A stretch of DNA of 64,000 bases, from positions 288,001 through 352,000 of the forward strand of contig JBEKSS010000001.1 of NCBI GenBank assembly GCA_049516875.1. The letters are read 5' to 3'. The position numbers and the translations under genes were made by a program. This DNA comes from Candidatus Bathyarchaeia archaeon (GTDB lineage Archaea > Thermoproteota > Bathyarchaeia > Bathyarchaeales > Bathycorpusculaceae). Below are positions 57,885 to 64,000 of the stretch, in pieces (positions within the stretch are counted from its first letter, which is position 1; each line of letters begins with the position of its first letter). Under the pieces are notes generated by a model. The model did not search any database. It worked only from the letters and a program-made list of their open reading frames with translations, and was not told the origin of the DNA.

Positions 57885-59147
57885 CTAGAGTCTTATTCTG
57901 GGGTCAAGATAGGCATAGAGGATGTCGACGACGAGACTTACGAGCGCGACGAGCAGGCCGAAGACTACTATGGCGCCTTGGATTGCGGTGTAGTCTCTGA
58001 AATTGATCCTGTTTACGATGTATCTTCCAAGTCCAGGCCATGAAAAAGTGGTCTCGGTGAGTATCGCTCCTCCCAGCAGCATGGCGAACTGAAGTCCCAT
58101 CATTGTCAGGATGGGCAGGAAAGCGTTTCTTAATGCGTATCCATAGGTCACTGTTGTCTCTTTTAGCCCTCTTGCTTTTGCAGCTGTTACAAAGTCAAGT
58201 CGAAGGGTTTCAAGCATGTTTGTCCTTGTCAACCTTACGAAGATCCCTGATAGAACAATTCCGAGCGTTATGGAAGGCAGCAGAAGGGCCTTGACAGATC
58301 CGAAGAACGTGAATATGTTACCTTGGAGAAGACTGTCAATCGTGTACAAGCCTGTTGATATCTGCAGTTTTCCTGCCTGCACAAAGTGCCATGAAACAAA
58401 GGCGTAGATAACCCACGTTATTATGAAAGCAACGACAGAGATGGCAATTCCTCTGTACTTGAGGTTCTTGCGTCTCATTTTCAGGATGACGATACACATG
58501 AGGAAAACGATTAACCCAGCAATGGATGAAAGCAGGAAATGGTTGGGAAAGCCTCCCGGTAGGGCGCTCAAGGTTATAGTAAGACCAGTGGGTGGCGTTA
58601 TGGATGGGTCGAGGCGCAGTCCGGTTGGAAGCCAATGAAGGTAAACTCCAAAGATTAGCTGTAGGACTATGCCCAAGAAGAAGACTGGAACGGCGTATGT
58701 TACTGTGCCGAAGCCTCTTATGAATTGGTCTAGAACAGAATTGTACGACTTGGAGGCCACGACGCCCAGAAGTATTCCTATCACACACGCGATGATCATG
58801 GAGTAAATGGCCAGTTCGAGGGTGGCAGGAAATGCTGAGAAAATCTGGCCTCCCACATCCTCAAAGGTTTGCATGGACTTTCCCAGGTTGGGGTACCCGT
58901 GTGCCAACAGATAGTTGATGTCTACAATACCCCCAATGTAATCAATGTACTGTTCCAGTATCGGTCTGTCTAACCCCAAGATATGTCTCATCTGGTCCAT
59001 TGTTGCCGGGTCAGCCTTCTTCTCGAAATGGAGGGCAACAGGATCGCCGGGGAGAACACGCATTACCAAGAAAACCATTGAAAGAAGCAGTAGTAGAGTT
59101 GGTATCATGAGCACTAGTCTTGTGATGATGTATGAACGAAGCCCCAT
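57885..59147 (-). CDS. dppB: Peptide ABC permease (DppB) with a 2-TM insertion
   Basis: LPGDP, FPATLEL, TAAKARGL, TET.FSWPGLG, DPRIR. Confidence 0.9.
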   Translation of the reverse strand: MGLRSYIITRLVLMIPTLLLLLSMVFLVMRVLPGDPVALHFEKKADPATMDQMRHILGLDRPILEQYIDYIGGIVDINYLLAHGYPNLGKSMQTFEDVGGQIFSAFPATLELAIYSMIIACVIGILLGVVASKSYNSVLDQFIRGFGTVTYAVPVFFLGIVLQLIFGVYLHWLPTGLRLDPSITPPTGLTITLSALPGGFPNHFLLSSIAGLIVFLMCIVILKMRRKNLKYRGIAISVVAFIITWVIYAFVSWHFVQAGKLQISTGLYTIDSLLQGNIFTFFGSVKALLLPSITLGIVLSGIFVRLTRTNMLETLRLDFVTAAKARGLKETTVTYGYALRNAFLPILTMMGLQFAMLLGGAILTETTFSWPGLGRYIVNRINFRDYTAIQGAIVVFGLLVALVSLVVDILYAYLDPRIRL

Positions 59148-59218
59148 AATGTTCTACCCTAGGTTGGGATTTGTGATTTCAGCATAAAAATAGAAAGAGG
59201 GGAGATTAAAGCTTGCTA

Positions 59219-61009
59219 TTATGTGAAGGATATCAGCCAGTACCTCATGTCTTGGGTGATGTCCAAGTAGATGCCGTTAATGTTCGGTTTCGTCACTGCC
59301 CAAGCGCTACTCACGTAAAGCGGGACAACCGAGCATTGCTGTACGGCCATAGCGTCTATCTGGCCATAGAGTTGTGTTCTTAGAGTCAGGTTTCCTGTAG
59401 CCCTTGCTTGATCGTACAAACTGACCTGGGTACTGTTAGCGTAGTTAGTGTGCAGCCATTCGGCCCAGTAGAGGAATGAGTAGTCATCTGGGTCAACGTA
59501 GTCTGGGTACCAACCGTATACGTAAGCGTCCATTATCTCGCTGTTCCTATTCGCTCTGTAGCTTGCCCAATCTGCAGATTTCAAAGTGACTGATATGACG
59601 CCGCTTAATTCAAGTGCAGTCTTGTAGAGGAGGGCTTGGTCGGCGCTACTTGGGTAGTGTCCTGAAGACTCGTACCACAATTCAAACGTGAGCTTGTTGT
59701 TCTCGTTGTAGCCCAGTTGGGCGAGCAAGCTTCTGGTCAACGTGTAATTTGCGTCTCCGAGATCTTTGAAAGCTTCTGTATGTCCCAGCATACCTGGAGG
59801 AATTATGCTGTACAGCGGCTGCGACAGGCCGAGGAACACTGTCTGGCACACATCTGACCTGTTCAATGCGGCTGCTACTGCCATCCTCACTCGGGCGTCA
59901 TTGAACGGTGGACGTTTTTCTTGGAAGCACAAGTATTGGACGAAGGCGCCTGTACCCCACCAGACCTTGACGTTCGGATTATTGTTGAGGTCAAGTGCAT
60001 CGGTTGGCGATATTTGCCTGAAGGCCATGTCCACGTCGCCTGCTTCAATTGCCAGTCGCAGCACCGACGCGTCGCTGTAGAACCTGAATATTATGTGCTT
60101 TATCTTTGGGTATCCGCTTGTAGCGTTCCAGTAATGCGGGTTTGCGTCCAGTTTGATCTCAACGTCTGATCCGCCCACACGGTTCCATTCGGACAAGTAG
60201 TAGGGGCCGACAGACGCAACTGGGGTGCTTTGCCTAGGATTCCCTGCTGTGTAGTTCACCTGTGCGATTGGAGCGTAGGCGGGGTCAACTATGGCTGAGG
60301 CTCTGCACGCTATAATTCCTAGGAACGCACTGAATGGAAAATTCAGGACGAACCTCACTCTGTAAGTGTCAAGAACCTCTGTGTGGTTTATGATTAGGTC
60401 GTATCCCAAACCTGCTGGTGCACCTTCTGGAATGCTGGGTTCCAGTGTTATGTCTCTGTCGAAGCTGTACTTCACGTGTGTGGCGTTGAATACTGTGCCA
60501 TCTGGAAACGTTACGTTTTGTCTCAGGTTGAAGTCCCAGACTGTTAGGTCACTACTGAAATTCCAGCTTGTGGCTAGGTCTGCCTCGAAGTCGGCCCCTG
60601 TCGTTGAGTTCGGCTGGACGCTGACAAGCGTTCCGGATATCTGTTGGAGTATGTTCCATCCGAAATAGTCGTATGCTTGGGCAGGGTCAAGGGTGAGCTC
60701 AACAGAGTCTGTTGTTCCCACAATTATGGTTTCTTTCGCTTGCGCTGCCAAACCTGCTTCTATCGCCGTCAACCTTGCCAAAACGCTGGCAAGTGTCTCA
60801 CCAGTTAGTCCAACGGACTGCGCTACAGCTGAGGTTAGGTTTGCTATGCTAGTCGTCAAGGTGGTGACGTCGTCGGTTAGTTTGGATATGTTATTCGTTA
60901 CCGTAGAAGTGTAGTATATTGAAGTGCTTGAAAGAATAATGCTGATTAATACCAAAACTACTATTCCGATTTCAATCCTGCTTGCCATATGTTTATTCTT
61001 CCTTTTCAA
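59219..61009 (-). CDS. dppA: Peptide ABC substrate-binding protein with N-terminal TM segment and coiled-coil stalk
   Basis: LDPA, LR..V.F.DGT.F.A..VKYS.DR, GPY, PF.D.RVR.A. Confidence 0.9.
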   Translation of the reverse strand: MKRKNKHMASRIEIGIVVLVLISIILSSTSIYYTSTVTNNISKLTDDVTTLTTSIANLTSAVAQSVGLTGETLASVLARLTAIEAGLAAQAKETIIVGTTDSVELTLDPAQAYDYFGWNILQQISGTLVSVQPNSTTGADFEADLATSWNFSSDLTVWDFNLRQNVTFPDGTVFNATHVKYSFDRDITLEPSIPEGAPAGLGYDLIINHTEVLDTYRVRFVLNFPFSAFLGIIACRASAIVDPAYAPIAQVNYTAGNPRQSTPVASVGPYYLSEWNRVGGSDVEIKLDANPHYWNATSGYPKIKHIIFRFYSDASVLRLAIEAGDVDMAFRQISPTDALDLNNNPNVKVWWGTGAFVQYLCFQEKRPPFNDARVRMAVAAALNRSDVCQTVFLGLSQPLYSIIPPGMLGHTEAFKDLGDANYTLTRSLLAQLGYNENNKLTFELWYESSGHYPSSADQALLYKTALELSGVISVTLKSADWASYRANRNSEIMDAYVYGWYPDYVDPDDYSFLYWAEWLHTNYANSTQVSLYDQARATGNLTLRTQLYGQIDAMAVQQCSVVPLYVSSAWAVTKPNINGIYLDITQDMRYWLISFT

Positions 61010-61099
61010 CTTACAAAGCTACATGTGACAGCTTACGTTATTTAAGACTTGCTCATTGAATTGATGGGGCACAGTCGATATCTTGGCGCAGAATAACTG

Positions 61100-61435
61100 A
61101 ACCGAAGAATCTTCGCATGTAAGTACAACTCCAGCCCATGAGGTTTTAAGAAACAATCCAAGAAAGCCTGGTGACAGCGTTCTGAAAAGGTGGAAAAGAC
61201 CATCTTGGCAGCGGGCGTATTGGGCTCAAGGATTTTGGATGCTGTGGTTGAAGAAGATGAGATACTGGAAGCATACGTGGAACTTGGAAGAAAAGGCCTC
61301 CTCGTGGAGCCGAGTTCCGCTGTTGCATACGCGAGTTACAAGAAACAGCTCATAAACAAAGAGATCTCACGAGAAAGTAGCACGATGATAATCCTGACGG
61401 GAAACGGTTTGAAAACGACGATTAGGCCGGTTTGA
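61100..61435 (+). pseudogene. 3' remnant of a thrC-like paralogue
   Basis: From 61238: DAVVEEDEILEAY.EL.R.GL.VEPSSAVAYA.YKKQ...LTGNGLKTT, matching the C-terminus of 53858..54970. Degraded PK/IFAC trace at about 61100. Confidence 0.8.
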
Positions 61436-61547
61436 TACGGGTTCTCATGGGTTAATCCTCTGAAATCTTGGTTTCGGCTGATTTTTTTAGAAATACTTAT
61501 ATTGTGAGGCTGTTTCTGTTTGTGACGCATTAAGGAGGTTATAGGAT

Positions 61548-63102
61548 TTGTCATCACAACAAGCTGGCGGTGTTCCAGTTTTAGTGCTGAAAGAAGGTTC
61601 AAACCGCTCAAGAGGAAAGGAAGCGCAAAACTCAAACATAGAAGCAGCAAAAATCGTTGCTGAAGTAATCAAGAGCTCTCTCGGACCTAAGGGCATGGAC
61701 AAAATGCTTGTCGACAGTTTCGGCGACGTGACGATAACGAGTGACGGGCGCACAAATATCTGGCGAGCTTCTGAACAGGGCTCAGGAACTGATTGAGAAG
61801 GGCGTTCATCCCACGATAATAATTGACGGATACAGAAAAGCTTCAGAAAAAGCATTGGAAATCTTGGAGAAAATCGCGATAGAAGTGGATCTTAACTCTC
61901 AAGATTACTTGAAGAAGGTTGCAATGACCTCGATGGCCAGCAAGCTGGTCGCTGAGCACAAGGAATACCTGGCGGATATAGCGGTCAAGGCGATTCTTGC
62001 AGTTGCGGAGAAGGAAGGCGAGAAATACAAGGTCGACGTGGACGATGTCAAGGTCGAGAAGAAGGCTGGCGAGTCTGTGAGGGACACGAAGCTCATTCAA
62101 GGCATTGTTCTGGACAAGGAAATCTCACATTCGGGAATGCCCAAGCGTGTGGAAAAAGCGAAAATAGCCCTGCTGGACTGCGCGCTCGAGATTGAAAAGA
62201 CCGAGTTCGACGCCAAAATCAACATCGAAAGCCCTGAGCAGATGGAGGCTTTCCTAAAACAGGAAGAAGACATGATGCGTGACATGGTTGATAAAATTGC
62301 GAAGACGGGCGCAAACGTTGTTCTGTGCGAGAAAGGCATTGACGACATGGTTCAACACTTCCTTGCAAGAAAAGGAATCATTGCGGTTCGACGCAACAAG
62401 AAGTCAGACATGGAGAAGCTTGCAAAGGCCACTGGAGGAAAAGTAGTTTCAAACTTGGACTCTATTACCTCGGAAGATCTGGGTTATGCAGCCCTCGTGG
62501 AGGAACGCAAGATAGGCGACGACAAGATGACTTTCATAGAAGGGTGCAAACATCCCAAAGCCGTCACGATTCTGATCAGAGGCGGAACACAGCGCATAGT
62601 CGACGAAGCTGAAAGATCCCTGCACGACGCACTGTGCGTGGTCAGAGACGTGGTTCAAGAGCCAAAAGTGGTCGCCGGCGGCGGCGCGCCTGAACTGGAA
62701 GTTTCACGCATGCTGAAGAAGTTCGCGGAAACTCTTCCGGGAAGGGAGCAGCTGGCAGCCCGAGCCTTTGCGGAAGCTCTTGAAGCCATTCCGACAACGC
62801 TGACGGAAAACGCTGGTCTAGACCCGATTGACATACTGTCCGAACTGAGGTCAAGACACGAGAAAGGCGAAACATGGGCTGGAATAGAAGTCAACACTGG
62901 AAAAGCACAGGACATGACTAAAGCCGGAGTTTTTGAACCCCTTGCCGTCAAGAAGCAAATAATCAAATCGGGAACTGAAGCTTCCACGATGTTACTGAAA
63001 ATCGACGACGTGATTGCCTCTGGAAAGATGAAGACTCCTCCGGGACCCCCAGGAGGCGGTGGCCCACCGGGCGGTGGCTACCCAGGAATGGGTGAGTACT
63101 AG
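61548..63102 (+). pseudogene. ths: Thermosome (group II chaperonin) subunit with internal deletion and frameshift at about 61755
   Basis: PVLVLKEG...[25 protein letters not shown] jumps frame to ISGELL..A.ELI..GVHPT; the HPAAK..GDGTTT segment is missing. The rest is intact to a GGM-like tail. May be an assembly error. Confidence 0.8.
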
Positions 63103-63105
63103 AAC

Positions 63106-63363
63106 ACGTCAGAAAAAAAGAGAATCACGATTGGACCGCCAAAAATAACTCGGTTCGAAAAGGCAAGGATAGTGGGGGCTAGAGCCCTTCAAATAAGTAT
63201 GGGAGCCCCCATACTTGTCGACGTTTCAGAAGGCTTCACGGGACCCATAGACATAGCGTTGAAAGAGTTCGCAGCCGACATACTGCCCATGACTGTGAGA
63301 CGAAAGTTGCCAGACGGTTCCTTCCAGGACATCCCGCTGACATGGCTTCTTGAACAGCGCTAG
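63106..63363 (+). CDS. rpoK: DNA-directed RNA polymerase subunit K (Rpo6)
   Basis: [26 protein letters not shown]...P.DIA..E....LP.T.RR.LPDG. No canonical start before the conserved N-terminus. Confidence 0.92.
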   Translation, partial: TSEKKRITIGPPKITRFEKARIVGARALQISMGAPILVDVSEGFTGPIDIALKEFAADILPMTVRRKLPDGSFQDIPLTWLLEQR

Positions 63364-63851
63364 ACACTTCCCCTTTTTTGTTTCTGCAAACTCTGCTCTG
63401 CCGTTTTGAGTGTTTCCCTGATTTTCGTCCAGTGTGCACCTTGCCAGTAGACTTGGCCGCATTTTGGACACTCCCAGAACTCTGTGTAATGTTCAAAAGT
63501 GCTTTTCTCAACTCGGCTGGCCACTTCTTCTTTTGAAACGGGCTTCACTTGGGTGTTGCATTTTGGGCATCTGGATGTTGCCATGTCTATTTCAAGGCTG
63601 ATGCCGAATCTCTTAGCGAGTTCTGCGAGTCTCTGTTCTTCTGTTTGTCCTTGAACGTAGAAGGCGTCGACTTCTTTGGCGACAGCGTGCTGATAGAGTT
63701 CAAAGTCCCTCGTGAGTAGGATCCTTTGCTGCTTCTTGGCGATTGTTAACAGTTCAGAATCGTCCATGTTGTTTGAGTATTTCACGTCGTGTCCCATCAT
63801 TCGAAGCCAGCGAGCCAGTTTGCCGAGCATTCCATCGATGACAAACTTCAA
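63360..63851 (-). CDS. Mut7-C RNase (PIN) domain protein
   Basis: [34 protein letters not shown]. Confidence 0.92.
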   Translation of the reverse strand: MKFVIDGMLGKLARWLRMMGHDVKYSNNMDDSELLTIAKKQQRILLTRDFELYQHAVAKEVDAFYVQGQTEEQRLAELAKRFGISLEIDMATSRCPKCNTQVKPVSKEEVASRVEKSTFEHYTEFWECPKCGQVYWQGAHWTKIRETLKTAEQSLQKQKRGSV

Positions 63852-63855
63852 AGGG

Positions 63856-64000
63856 CTACTCTCTCCGGATTATTCGTCCGCTTCCAGGTTTCGCCACTAT
63901 TTCGTCATCGTCCATGACCAGTTGACCGGCAACGATGGTTTTAACCGGTTTTCCTTCGACCTCGCGGCCTTCGAATGGTGACCATTTTGCTTTTGAATGG
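63856..64000 (-). CDS. pyrC: Dihydroorotase/allantoinase family, C-terminal end (partial)
   Basis: HSKAKWSPFEGREVEGKPVKTIVAGQLVMDDDEIVAKPGSGRIIRRE*. Confidence 0.75.
   Translation of the reverse strand, partial: HSKAKWSPFEGREVEGKPVKTIVAGQLVMDDDEIVAKPGSGRIIRRE

Overview
Archaeal chromosomal window, most likely Bathyarchaeia (inferred from the thermosome, Rpo6, TrpY/TrpB2, HdrABC without methanogenesis genes, TATA-type promoters and GGTGA/GGAGG SD sites). The flanks (1-12 kb and about 55-64 kb) look like core genome: arcE-like, a trpY / trpB2-serK-like unit, hdrACB-ACAD-etfAB, a dpp operon, ths, rpoK, Mut7-C and pyrC. Between them, about 12-55 kb is a mosaic island of peptide, amino-acid and 2-oxoacid catabolism genes: five AmpS/NicX-fold paralogues, Opp/Liv transport, AOR, two OFORs, ACD and a racemase. 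The most striking signal is non-coding. Almost every module boundary in the island carries a (GC)n palindrome, with extended consensus TTCGCCTTAGCGCGCGC / TAGCGCGCGCTA. Five gene remnants (acdB, livH, ltaE-like, a flavin reductase and an ampS-like gene) are cut at these sites, and a 188-bp MITE-like element ends in the same motif. This suggests an undescribed motif-directed recombination or cassette-shuffling system whose recombinase is not in this window. No rRNA, tRNA, CRISPR array, integrase or transposase was recognised. All protein calls come from motif recognition by eye, not from database searches.
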